A stretch of DNA of 64,000 bases from NCBI RefSeq assembly GCF_009914755.1, contig NC_060930.1; one strand, given 5' to 3'. A program made the translations under genes and the position numbers. The notes beneath the pieces are model-generated. The model did not search any database. It was not told the origin of the DNA and saw only the letters and a program-made list of their open reading frames with translations. The stretch comes from the human T2T-CHM13v2.0 reference genome, Homo sapiens. This document shows, in pieces, positions 46,741-62,889 of the stretch. Every line of letters begins with the position of its first letter. Within the stretch, counting starts at the first letter, position 1.

Positions 46741-47124
46741 ATTTCAGTAAGATACTTCTATTACTTGGAAAATTCCAAAGGTTTTTGTCCTAGGAGAAAT
46801 GCCACATTCTTTTTTACACAGCAGATTCCTACTCTAACCCTCCCCATACTTCCTACCTCCTTAGTTCTCCTTGCCACCGAATTATCCTGACATATGTACT
46901 TACGCGTTTGGTTATTTGGGGCCTCCATCACATTAAACTTTATGTTTGATGACATTATGGAATTTGTTTTGCTTGCTTCTGTGTTTCTTGAACCTACTAC
47001 ACTGCCTAATATAATATGTGCTCAAAATTTTTGAAAGAAAAATATAAACCAGGTAAACAAATCATTTCTTACAGTGAAGTGATGGAAATCAGTCTTAATA
47101 GAAATCAGATATCCCTCATTAGTC

Positions 47125-48075
47125 CTAGTGGTGTTGCTGCCAGTCTTTAAACAACTTCCTACCAAAGATTTTCTTCAGAGCCATCATCACTTCTTTGTTC
47201 CTAAGGGTGTAGATTAGTGGATTCAGTACAGGGGTGACGGCGCTATACATGATGGCCATTATCCGGTCCTGAATCATGGAGGTGGCTGAAGCAGGACGAA
47301 TATATGTGAAGCCCACAGGTCCATAGAAAAGACATACCACCATAAAATGGGAGGCACAAGTGGACAGAGCCTTGTGGAGTATTCTGCAGGACCTGTTCTT
47401 AAACAGAAGGAAGCCAATTACATAGAAGCAGGAGAGAAGAGTCAGAAAGAAAGCTCCCATGGATATGCTGCCTGTGACAATGGAAAGAAGCCATTGATTG
47501 AGTAATGTGTCACTACAGGCCAATTCTAAGAGCGGCTTGACATCGTAGAAGAAGTGATTGAGTTTCTGAGAGCCACAAAAACTCAGGTGTGCAGTCATGA
47601 CAGAATGCATCAGAGCGTAAAAGAAGCTGATGAGCCAGGCCGCAGCTGCCAACAGAATACACACCTGGGGGTTCATGATGACAGTGTAGCGAAGAGGATT
47701 GCAGATGGCAACAAAACGGTCAAAGGCCATGATAGCCAGTAAAATGGCCTCTGTGCTTCCCAAAAAGTGGAAGAAGTGTAGCTGGGTGATACAGCCTAGA
47801 AAAGATATAGCCCTGCGACTGCACACGAGGTTTACGAGCAGCTTGGGCAGTGTCACTGAAGAATAAGAAATATCCAGACAAGAAAGGTTTCCCAGAAAAA
47901 AATACATAGGGGAGTGGAGTTGTGGTTCCAAAACAACCATCACCAATATAGATCCATTTCCAATCAAGTTTATCAGGTAAATGATTAAGAAAATCCCAAA
48001 GAAGAAAGGCTGCAGCTCCTGAACACCAGTCAGGCCAAGTAGAAGAAACTCATTCATTGTAGTGACATTCTCCAT
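47125..48075 (-). CDS. OR12D3: Olfactory receptor 12D3, 316 aa, single coding exon
   Basis: Intact 7TM ORF from the ATG at 48075 (MENVTTMNEF) with LHSPMYFFL, MAFDRFVAIC, KALSTCASH, PVLNPLIYTLRN; acceptor-like TTTGCTTCCCAG lies 4 nt upstream of the ATG. Confidence 0.95.
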   Translation of the reverse strand: MENVTTMNEFLLLGLTGVQELQPFFFGIFLIIYLINLIGNGSILVMVVLEPQLHSPMYFFLGNLSCLDISYSSVTLPKLLVNLVCSRRAISFLGCITQLHFFHFLGSTEAILLAIMAFDRFVAICNPLRYTVIMNPQVCILLAAAAWLISFFYALMHSVMTAHLSFCGSQKLNHFFYDVKPLLELACSDTLLNQWLLSIVTGSISMGAFFLTLLSCFYVIGFLLFKNRSCRILHKALSTCASHFMVVCLFYGPVGFTYIRPASATSMIQDRIMAIMYSAVTPVLNPLIYTLRNKEVMMALKKIFGRKLFKDWQQHH

Positions 48076-48917
48076 TGCTCTGGGAAGCAAATTTAACAAT
48101 AACAGAATTAATTTTTCTGAATTTTTAATTTTACACTGTGAGGATTAAATAAAGCAAGTTTACTATTTGGAGGAACCTAGGGGTGAGCAACAGTGTGAAG
48201 AATAGTTACGAACAGTAAAACTAAATTTATGTACAACAAAATTGAGGAAGACTAATATACCTGATAAATTCTGAGCTGTTAAAATGGCACTAGACTAATA
48301 AAAGCATTATATTATGAACAAATCAGATATAGATAAAGGGCATTTGTTTTCAAAACTAGGAAGTGCAAGATTTGATGGACATAATCATAACCTCATGTAT
48401 GGCATTAGAATTATGTATTACAAAAATTTTAAACATACAAACAGGGAATAGTTTTTCAACTTATGATTCTAGGTTCTGGCAAAAATTCAGATGTAGCTCA
48501 GTGGGGATTTCATCACTTCTTCTAAGATACATAAAAGCCACAAGAGAGTAACACATGTCTTCTGACAACCCAAACTTTCAGTGAAAGTAAGAAACATAAA
48601 CACCCACAAACCAAATGTTGTATGAGTAGAGGAGAAAAAAACAGCAAAATTAGCATCATTAGTCACAAGACTGTGTCATAGCAATGAGGCAGTGGATGTA
48701 GTTGGGAAAAACTTGAAATAGTTAGAGGTCCCATTAGTAGAAGAACTTCGAAAACACCCCCAATTTTTCAATCCAAAAGGGGAGTACCTCCCAGGGAGTG
48801 AGAATTTCTGTGGGGCAGGGGATAGAAAAAGGCACAGTCTAAGCACTGAAGGTGATGGAGAGAAGAGGTATAGTAAATATATGAAGAACAAAGGAAGCTT
48901 GTCATTTGTAAGTAATT

Positions 48918-48950
48918 AATAATAATAATAATAATAACAATAATAATAAT
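48918..48950. repeat. (AAT)n microsatellite, one AAC interruption
   Basis: Direct reading of the sequence. Confidence 0.9.
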
Positions 48951-49089
48951 CACCACCTTATCAACAGAAGAGGGAGCCCTTGCACTGAGGAATTGGAAAG
49001 GCTAACTAGGATACTCCTCCCACCCATGCCTACTAAGATTCTTCTGCTAATAATTGGTCCACAATATCATAAGTTCTCCAGTGTAAGTT

Positions 49090-52410
<3,321 letters not shown>

Positions 52411-52604
52411 CATGCAGGCAAGCGCTACAGCAGGCTGCCGTGAGCACTGTAAAGAGCACCAACGCGCTGCACCTCGACTCCCACCCCACTTAGTCACAAG
52501 CACATGCCCATCTGCTCAAGGCATGTTCTGCCGCTGCCCAGCTCAGGTCTAAGCACCCAGCAAGTTTGAGATTTTTCGAAATAAAATAACTTAAAAACAG
52601 TGAT

Positions 52605-55600
52605 TTTGACTTCCGGATAAGATGGTATATACAGGTTTCTCCCATCTCCCTTCCCATTAAGTACAACTACAAACCGTAGAAACAATACAAGAGGTAACCA
52701 AAAAAGAATTCTCAAATGTGGGAAGGTGAACTGCTTTGGGATTCCAGAACTGTAGGAACCACACAGCAGCAGGGCTGTCCCTTCACCCAACTAAAGAAGG
52801 CAATTAGTTTATTTGACAAAAAATGTTTGCCTCTTCCAACACGCCATCCCACAACAAAAGGCAGCCTAGGTAGGTTTTTTCCTGCCTCCTATCAAAAGGT
52901 AGTTCCTCCAACAACACAGCACTTGAGTAAGGGGGGCCCATCAGGAATTCTACTAACCCAGAGAAGTACTCTACTCAGCTCCTCTCTCCCTGCTGTCTGG
53001 CATTCTCTTCCCCTAAAGAGAGACAACAGGGCAGTCAGGTGGCATCTGGAGAAGGACCCCACCATAACAAGCATCCTGGCCCTCTGGCCCTGCAGGCCTG
53101 AGACTTCCTTCTGCCACCCACAGACACCAGAGTGAGAAAGGGGGAAAGAGGGCACCAGCAAGAAATATTCCAATTTGACAATCATCCAGCAAGTAGCAGT
53201 CTCTGTCCGGCACAAGCAGGCAATCCCGCCACAAGCACCCCGACAGGGAAGCCTCTTTGTCCTCATAGTCTTGATATTCTCTCCACCGCACAAGGACACC
53301 AGAAGGCTTAGCCTAAGGAAATCCCTTCTTCTGCCTTCTCAGGCAGTACCAGCAGAGAACAATGGAAACCCCAGTAGTACCAAATAAAACTAGAACACAA
53401 AAATAACAGCTAAAAGTCTCTTAAAAAATTGCCATTGGATGCACAGCCTACAAAATTAGGTCAGGACCTGTGTGCTAGGTCTAAACAGAGTGACTATCTG
53501 CTAAAATTAAAGATTTAAACAGGACCTAAATTCCAGTTTATAGTTCTGTAATAGCCAAAATGTCCAAGATACAATATTTTAAAACTCTACCTGTTATAAA
53601 TTATAGAACTGGAAAGTTCAGTAACAGAAATAAAATCTCACTGAATGGGCTCATTAGTTAAGTGGAGATGACCAAGGATGAAATCAATGAGCATGAGGAC
53701 AGATCAACAAAATGTAGCCTATCTGAACAATGGGAGAAAACAGACTGAGAAACAATGCAAAGAACCTCGGGGACCTATGGGACAATAACAAGAGATTCAA
53801 CTTTCATATCATCAGAGCTCCAGAAGAAGAGGAGAAAGAAAATAATGCCAAAGGGTATTTAAATAAATAATAGTTTAAAACTTCCCAAATCTGTTGAAAA
53901 CATAAGCATATACAGGTTGAAGAAGCTGAATAAACCCCTTGCAGGATTAATCTAAAGAAATCCAAGCCAAGAAACATCATAATTTGATTAACATTACATA
54001 TACTATTATACTATATAGCATGTGTATATATAAACACACAAACATAAATATATAGAGTAATATGCAGTTCAACTCCAAGGACAGTACGAAACAAAAAAAA
54101 TACATTCCAATATCTCTCATGAATATAGACAAAATATCCTCAATCAATTATTAGAAAATAGAATGCAATATGTAGAAAGAATTTACATAGGCCAAGTGGA
54201 TTTATTTCAGGTGTACAAGACTACATAGACATTTGAAAATCAGTAAATGTAATCTATCATATAAATAGAATAGAGAAGAAAAATTATATGATCGTATTAA
54301 TTGAGGCAAAAAACAAATTTGATAAAATCCAACACCCATTTATGATAAAAACTCTCAGCAAGCTAGGAATAGAGAGAAATTGTGTCAACTCAATAAAGAT
54401 CATCCATAAAAATCTTCCAGGTAAATGCTTTCCTTCTAAGATTAGGAATAAAGCGTGGATGTCTGCTCTCACCACTTGTAGTAGGCAAGAAAAAGAAATA
54501 AATGACACATATATTGAAAAGTAATAAATACAAATGTACTTATTTTCAGATGTCATTATCTATGTAGAAAACTCCCTGGATTCCACATAAAAATTCCTAT
54601 AGCTAATACATGAGTTCAGCAAAGTGACAGGATACAAGATTAACACAAAAAATTAAATATTTTTAATAAACTATGAATATGTGAAAACCAAAATTAAAAC
54701 ACAATTTAATTTATAATCTCTCAAAATATGGAAATATCTGGCTGTAAATCTAAAAAAAATGTTTAGGAGTTGTATGCTAAAAACTTCAAGCACAGATGAA
54801 AGAAATAACAAAAGATTTACATAAAGTTAGAGACATATTATATTCATGGATTGTAAGATTTAACATAGTAAAGATGTCAATCCTCTCCAAATTGATATAC
54901 AGGTTTAACACAATTCTTATCAAAATCCCAGAAATATTTCTTAGTAGACATAGATAGGATTATTCTAAAATGTGTATGTAAAGGCAAAGGAAATTGAATA
55001 GCTAACACAATTTGGAAAAAGAAGAATAAAAGTGGAAAAATCAAATTACTCAATGTTAAAGCTTATTATTTAACTATAGTTATCAGGTTTTGTATGGTAT
55101 TAACACAAGTGATAGTGAAACAGATCAATGGAACAGAATAGAGAACCCATAAATCAGCCCACACAAATATGTCCAACTGATTTTTTATGAATGTGCAGAG
55201 TAACTCAATGGAAGCAAGACTGTCTTTTCAACAACTAGTTCTGAAATAATTGGACATCCATAATAGAAAAGAAAAAACAAACTAAATTCAAATTTCACCT
55301 CATATACAAAAATTAACACAAAATAGATCATGGACTTATATGTAAAATGTAAAGCTACATATCTTCTAGAAAAAATAGAAAACAGTATTCAGGGTCTAGA
55401 GCTAGGCAAGGAGTCCTTAGATTTTCCACCAAAAGCATGACACATTAAAGGAAAAATTTTAGTTTGACCTAACCAGAAAAAAAAAAAAGCTCTGCCAAAA
55501 GACTCTATTAAGAAAATGGAAAGACAAGCTGAAGACTGAAAAAAAGAAATACTGTTTCAAATCACATATCTGAGAGAACTCTCAAAACTTAATAGTATTC

Positions 55601-56595
55601 TTAAAAGTCCAAAAACATGGGCAAAAACTAGGAAAAGACATACAAACATAAACAGAAAATGATATATAAATGGCAAATTAACACAGGAAAAGGTGTTCAA
55701 AATCATTTTCATCAGCACAATGCAAATTAAAACCAGTAAAATGCTACAACACATCTATCAAAATAGATAAAATAAAAATAGTGACAACACCAAATGCTAG
55801 GGAGGATACAGAAAGACTGGATCATGAATATAAAACTGGTCAGGATATAAAATGGTACAACTGCGCTGGAGAGAGTATAGTCGTTTCTTACAAAATTAAA
55901 CATACACTTACTATATGACCCAACAATTGCACGCTTTGGAATTTATGTCAGTACAATAAAAACATGTTCACACAAAAACTTGTATGTGAATGTTCATAGA
56001 CTATTTGTAATAGCCAAAAACTGGAAATACCCCAAATGTCCTGCAATGGAGAAATGCTTACACAAACTGTGGTATATCCATACCATGGAATGCTACTTAG
56101 CAATAAAAAGAAAACAACAATTTGGTAAACTCTCCAGGAAATTACGCTTAATTTTTTAAAAAGTGAAATCCAAAAAATTATATACTGTATGATTCCATTT
56201 ATATAACATTTTTGAAATAATATTTTAGAAATGGGGAAAAGATTGGTAGTTACAGTTGGAGAATGAAGTTGGAGAAGGAGCAGAAGAGAGGTGTGTGTGG
56301 TTATGAAAGGATACCAAGAAAGATCCTTGTGGTGGAGGAACTATTCTGTATTTTGACTATGATGGCAGATACAGGAACATGAGATAAAACTGTGTAGAAT
56401 TAAACTCAGATACACAAAACAAATGAATACAAATAAAACTGGGGCTATCATTAAGATTCATGGGTTGTATCAGCATCAATATCCTGATTGTGAAACTGTG
56501 CTGCAATTTGTTACCATGGGGAGGAACCATGTAAAGGGAAAACAGCATCTTTGTGTATTTTTTCTTACAACTGCATATTGTAATCATACATAAGA
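52605..56595 (+). mobile_element. Old L1MC-type element: 5' UTR, ORF1 and ORF2 remnants, 3' UTR, with internal deletions
   Basis: GACTTCCGGATAAGATGG start; GC-richer UTR to about 53400; [19 protein letters not shown]; L1MC-like end (TTTCTTACAACTGCAT). Confidence 0.7.
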
Positions 56596-57586
56596 TTTTA
56601 ATTAAATGGCAAATCATATTTGTACAAAGATCAAAATACTTAATAAATTATATGTGTTTGAGAATGGCTAAATAGGAATTTCTGATGATAATTTGTACTA
56701 GTTATATGCTGGGTAATTTTTTCAATAGCTCTCAAAGTTGAAAATTGTGAATCACATACTTTGTGTTATAATTTACCTGTAGATATTATTCAATGTGTGG
56801 AAATCATTATTATATACCATAATATTTATTTGAGTATTTTAAAAGCAAAAATTAGACAGAACCCTAAGAGCCAAAGTAGGGGACGAGGTGAATTATTACA
56901 CCTATGAGAGAGAATAATATGCAGCTTTAAAATATATATATGTACATATATATACACACACAAAGAAAATAGCCAGGTGGATAGATACGGAAAGGTGCAC
57001 AAATCATATATATGCAAATTTTTACATATGTACCTATATACATATAAATTATATATGTTATGAATGCCAAGGTGACTTGTTAAATGATATAATCAAGATG
57101 CAGCACAATGTGAGTAGTATGCTAAAACTTCTGTTTAACATTTTTTTCTATACGCACATGTACTTCTGAATGGACATAAAAGAAACTGATAACTGTTGTA
57201 GTCTCTAGGAAGAGAAACTGGCTGTCAAGGAAACAAAGGCAGAAGAAATACTCTTTTTAGTATATTTTGAATTTTGTACCATGTTCATATATTATGTACT
57301 CAAAAAACGAAATTATTTTCTTTAAAAATAAGCATGGCAATACTATGCACAAATATATAGTTGTGAAAAAGAGCAGTGAACTGAGCATCTAAAATATTTA
57401 GGCCCAGTAATATTATGTATAAATGGCAGTGTATATGACAAGTACAGTCTGTTTTATAGATGGCAAAGTGGAGACTGTGACTTACTTTGGACTAGAAAGT
57501 CGTTACTTCGGCATCTGTTTTACAGATTATACTTGTCATACGCACTTCTCTGTTTTATCAAATCAAAGGCACTATTCCATTTATTC

Positions 57587-57881
57587 TTTTTTTTTTTTTC
57601 TCAAGACTGTCTTGCTCTGTCACCTAGGCTGGAGTACAGTCGTGCAATCTTGGCTCACTGCAACCTCTGTCTCCTGGGTTCAAGCAATTCTCAGGCTTCA
57701 ACCTCCCAGATAGCTGGGATTACAGGTACGCATCACCACACTGTGCTAATTTTTGTATTTTAGTAGAGACAAGGTTTTACCACGTTGGCCAGCCTGGTTT
57801 CTAGTGCCTGATCTCAAGTGATCTGCCCACCTCGGCCTCCCAAAGTGTTAGGATCACAGGTGTAAGCCACCATGCCTGGCC
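57587..57881 (-). mobile_element. Older Alu (J/S)
   Basis: Full dimeric antisense Alu, CpG-decayed; TSD-like CCATTTATTCTT on both sides. Confidence 0.92.
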
Positions 57882-59016
57882 ACCATTTATTCTTATAGGT
57901 AGAATTTTGCATGTCTGTCTACTCATTGGAATATCAGATTATTAGAGGTGAAAAAAACTGAAAGTATCTTATTCTTCATATTCTTACAGTTCCTATACCA
58001 TGTAGAAAAACAGAACAATGGTGTAGAAAAATAATCTATAGAATAAAATTGGTCACTTATTCTGGCTATCCATGTACTCTTACAAATGACTGTTATTCTA
58101 ATATAATAATTAGTAAATATGAAATAAATTCCAAGAAAAAATGAACATAATATTGAAAGAAAGACAAATAGTAATATCTTTAAGTGACTTTGAACTAGTG
58201 ACTTTGATATCATAACTACATGTCTTCCAAGTATAAAATTTATTCTGGCTATATAGCTTCTAAGAGGGAGATCTCTTGTCTAACCCCCACTCTGAGTTCT
58301 AGACTTACCTAATTTCATATTTGACTCTCCACTTGAATTCACACAAAAGCTTGTATTCATATATTCATAGAATCTTTATTCATAACAACCCAAAACTGGA
58401 AGTAGCCCAAATGTCCTTTAATGGAGGGATGGTTGAATTCTTTACTGAATTACAAAAATCAACACGTCAAACAGAACGCATCCTCTTTCCAAGCATGCTC
58501 TCACAGTGTTTCAACGTAGTGAACAGAATAAAAACCATCTAGTTGTTCAAACCAGAAATGTGAGAACCACATTGATTTCTCCTTCGCTTCAATCCACTCT
58601 CTTTAAGTCAGTCATCAAGTCTCTGAAACATCCCTCAAATTCACGTCTCTTTATCCACACTGCCGCAATCCTGGCCCAAGTCATGATTGCCTTTAAACTT
58701 AACTACTTCAAAGCAGCCCTACAGTTCTTTTCTTCCCCTACTCTCAAGCCATCTTCATAGTGTAACCAGAATGATTGTTTAAAGGCCTGCGTTACAGTAT
58801 AAATTTCTATGTGAAACATTTCAGTACCTTCCAACTGGACAAGCTTACAAACCCTCCATGAATGTCTGTGGCTTATCTCTTCAGTCTCACCTTTTATATT
58901 ACTTGGATGTGATCCTACTGGATATCTTCCAATTCCTCAAATATATCAAGGTGTCCCTTGACAGGGACTTCATTCATGCTTGTCCTCCCTGGATCACTCT
59001 TTACTTCCCCTGTCCC

Positions 59017-59317
59017 TTTTTTTTTTTTTTTTTTTTGAGACAGAGTCTCGCTCTATCGCCCAGGCTGGAGTGCAGTGGTGCGATCTTGGCTCACTGCAAG
59101 CTCCGCCTTCCCGGTTCACGCCATTCTCCTGCCTCAGCCTCCTGAGTAGCTGGGACTACAGGCGCCCACCACCACGCCCGGCTAATTTTTTGTGTTTTTA
59201 GTAGAGACGGGGTTTCACCATGTTAGCCAGGATGGTCTCGATCTCCTGACCTTGTGATCTGCCCTCCTCGGCCTCCCAAAGTGCCGGGATTACAGGCGTA
59301 AGCCACTGTGCCTGGCC
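59017..59317 (-). mobile_element. AluY
   Basis: CTGCAAGCTCCGCC, GGTTCACGCCATTCTCC and TGTTAGCCAGGATGG diagnostics; long T tail. Confidence 0.95.
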
Positions 59318-59919
59318 TCCCGTCCTTTAATGTAAGAAAATATCTATTTATCCTTTGGGTTTCAGCCTATCTCAAATTAAGTTAGACCCTATTACGATAC
59401 CCTTCTATAGGTTTCTGTACTTCCATTTGTCTGATAATCATTATTATCCTTCTTCAGCTACTTTCTCCTATCATTAAACTCTAGATTTATTACTCATTAC
59501 TCACTAGTCATTAATAACTTCAACCCTTCATGATCTCAGTAATAAGCATCCTAGACTCCAACTACCACCAGGTAAATTCATAATTTACTCTCTCCAATAC
59601 CACAAATCCTATAATCTTTATCCCCTAAATTATAGTTATTCTATTTCATGTTCTTTACTACTCTCATGTACTCACACTCCTCCTTACTCATCTTAAGTTC
59701 CATATGCATATTTATAGTCACTTTATAGTAGCATATATCCTTACATCCCTTGACCAATTTGTGCTTCATGTCTTTACCTGGAAAAAGTCAAACCACTCTC
59801 TACTTACTCCGCATCTAAACATTTGCAGCTGAACACGATTGGAGGAAAATGCACCTGTGCTCACTTGCCTAGATCTAAATTCATTAATACTCAACTGCAT
59901 TGAAATCTTGGGAATGCCA

Positions 59920-60163
59920 TTGACTCAGCCACCAGGCCCACCCACCTGATGACCCAAGCACTAAGCCATCCTGCCCAGGACTCCAGGAACAAACCTACTT
60001 CCAGACCACGCCATATGACCTGCCCAGAATCTCTGGATAGGCTGATGCATGAAGGGCGTTCCCTGCCGAAACAGTCTGTAAAGACTGGAATATATGCCTA
60101 TTTCTTCAGATGCACAGACACCAACGCATGACCACAAGGATCATGAGCAATAAAAAAAAACCC
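59920..60163 (+). mobile_element. Short retroposed fragment resembling an L1M 5' UTR end, with its own A tail and TSD
   Basis: CAGTCTGTAAAGACTGGAA..CTTCAGATGCACAGACACCAAC; AATAAA merging into an A run; flanking 19-bp direct repeats match at 16 of 19 positions. Confidence 0.65.
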
Positions 60164-62889
60164 TGAAATCTTAGAGATGCCAATCAATTACATATTTCCC
60201 TTTCTCTTTACAGGCCATACCTCTAACTCTTCTCTCTCATCCTCTCTCTCGGAGAGTGACATTGTTTCTTTTATTTTGGAAAAGTAAAGGCAGTCAGAAG
60301 AGAGTATCTCCAAGTTTCATCCTAGTATCTACCCACAGTTTTGTAACTGTGTTCATATACTGTGCATTCACTCTGTTTCTAATGGTTTCATAATTGATAC
60401 TCCTGATGAAGACCACCTCTTCCACCTGTGTCCAAGAACCCATTCTCTCTCATCTTCTAAGAACACTGCTCCAGTTATTTTCTCATCTCTGTCTTAAATC
60501 ATGAAAATTTTCCTCTCCTGTACTACCTTTTTACCTCCATTCCATTTCTGTGTTCCCCTTTACAATTAATTTCTGTAAACATTTGCCTATACCAGCTGTT
60601 TGCAATCCTCTTTCCATTCCCTCCTACACCTATACCAATTAAAATTTTACCCTCACTCTTCTACCAAAATTTCTTTTATAAACAACACCAATAACAATTA
60701 CATTAACAAATCAAAAAATGAAGATTCCTCCATTTTTATCAAAGGACATGGCAACACAGAACATAAACATGTATATTTGTAGAAAAAGTAATGGTTTTTA
60801 GCCAATAGGTACAGGTTTTTCCACAATTCATTTTTGGCATGACCTGCTCTCAATGGCATTAATAATTCTTATTGATTAATTAGCATCAGTAAGTAGTATT
60901 GAATATTTAATTATAAGATTGGTGAATTGACACAAAAACCTAGGAGCTGTATTCCGTGGGTATAGATACAGAATAAATGTTCAAAGTGAAATTATTGATA
61001 GTGGAGAGAAGAGAATTAATTTCAGGAATCATAAACATAGCTGAAGGACATTGTAACGGATGCATATAATTAAGGGTTTGGGATGTACGCTTGTGAAACT
61101 ACATAAGTAAATACTTTATACAACAGTTTCGAAATTATTTTTTCCTAAATAATTAACACCATCCCTCTTCTACTAAAAATAATACTACTGCAAAGTTATA
61201 TAATTATCTAACATTAAATACAATCTAATATATTATCTAACACGAATTGGAATCTGCTACTTTTATGAAAACTGATTGTGATAGATACTAAAAGGTTACT
61301 CACCTATTTTTTTTTACTTCTCCCTCACTTCCTTTTCCCTTTATTTCGTCTCTTTGTAACACAAATATACACACACTACCACTATCTCCATTAAACAGTC
61401 GTACACACTCAGACACTTAACTATAACATACATCTATACTTGATCATAGAGTCTGCTGCCCTGAAACCAAAAAAAGTCCAAAAAAAGCATAAGTAAATAG
61501 ATCAGGAAATTTGAAGCTTCCCTCATAAATGTTTTATGTAATGAGCCCACCTGTTGCATCCTGTAATCTTCATAGCCTATATTCAAAGAGGTTCCTCCGT
61601 CACTCTAACCCACTCATTCCAGTGATCTCAACCTCTTTTCATCAACAGTTTTTCTCTACTATCATAATATCATTTTTCTATTTAGTCTAAGCCAATTTGC
61701 TCTGCACATTCCTTTGCACGTATCTTAGTATAAATATAATTTTTGGGTCAAAAGAGTTATCCAAATATCATAGATCAGATGTATTTATTGTGTCCTTGAA
61801 TAAAGTTATCAGAGAAAGTTCTGACTGCTCAAAACCTATTATAAACACCCTTATTGAAAACAACTTACATGGAATCTAAGCAAATCTCATGTCTTATTAT
61901 GGACAGAAAATGAACAGGCTAAATCTTCTCAGTAAACCTTCCCAGTAGCATCTTGAGCATTAACACTTTGGGATTTTCTCTCCAAGGACTTATTCTCTTT
62001 ATATTTCTCTTCCCCTGTGTATCAGTTTATTCTTTCTTTGATGTGCTTATGAGATCACTACATTGATTTAAGTAATAATAATAAATTTTTGGCAGAGCCC
62101 TTCATTAGTCATAAGAAAAAAAGAGTGATGATAATATAAAAGAAAGAGAAGACACAGCTCCTATCCTTGAGAAATCTAACATCTAATGAATCTGAAAAGT
62201 AATATCACTTAGAACAATATAATGAAAACTAAAAATGATTAATTATAAACTGAGGTCTACAGATATTGAAATGGAAAGATTTAAGCAAATTATGATCAAA
62301 CAGGGAAGACTAAACAGTGGAGATAAATTTGGTTAACATACTTTTAGGGATTAGTGTTTATATAGATTCTTGGCAGAGACAACTTTATGTATGGAGCCCA
62401 CTGAAATAATTAAAAACATCTAACTAAAGTCATTATTTGTACTATTATGATCAATGTTCTTTCTTACTGTGAATAAAGAAATGGTAAATTTCCTGAGCCC
62501 TATGTTAATTCATGAACAACCAATAAAATCAATTTTATGATTTACTAGAAATATCTCCAAAGTTTTAATTTCAACTATCGCTGTTACTTTAGGGTAAGTG
62601 TCAAAGACAAGTCATGTTAACACACAGATTAGTTGTAGGATGAGACTCACTGAAATAGCTCTTAGGAAACTGGGTCTTAGACAATTTAGTTTTCAACAAA
62701 TTGGCCTATTCCCCTTCAAAGTCCCATACAATGGAGAGTTATGCTGCCAATATGGCCATGAAAGCTCCTTAGAGGAATAAAATGCAAAATAAATAAAACA
62801 AAAACTAAACATCCTAGAGAATGATTAAAAGCAAGCATATTTGTGAGTGGAATCAAAGATAGAAAAAAGGGATAGAGAACTAGGTGGGG

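Larger units (their letters stand above)
58250..60740 (-). mobile_element. Degenerate L2 fragments interrupted by younger inserts
   Basis: Pyrimidine-rich L2-like tracts (CAAACCAGAAATG..; CCACTCTC..TCAGTCATCAAGTC); boundaries approximate. Confidence 0.55.

Noticed and set aside
48076-48099. 8-aa N-terminal extension of OR12D3 in the ORF track
   Set aside because: It begins at a non-ATG codon and spans a splice-acceptor-like tract; the real start is the ATG at 48075.
52716-53387. 135-139 aa ORFs on both strands
   Set aside because: They fall in a GC-richer L1 5' UTR-like region where stop codons are scarce; no domain is recognisable.
61295-61560. Minus-strand donor TAG|GTGAGT (about 61300) and TAATGAGCCCAC (about 61539)
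   Set aside because: Isolated motifs; the Ebf half is poor and no plausible acceptor defines an exon.
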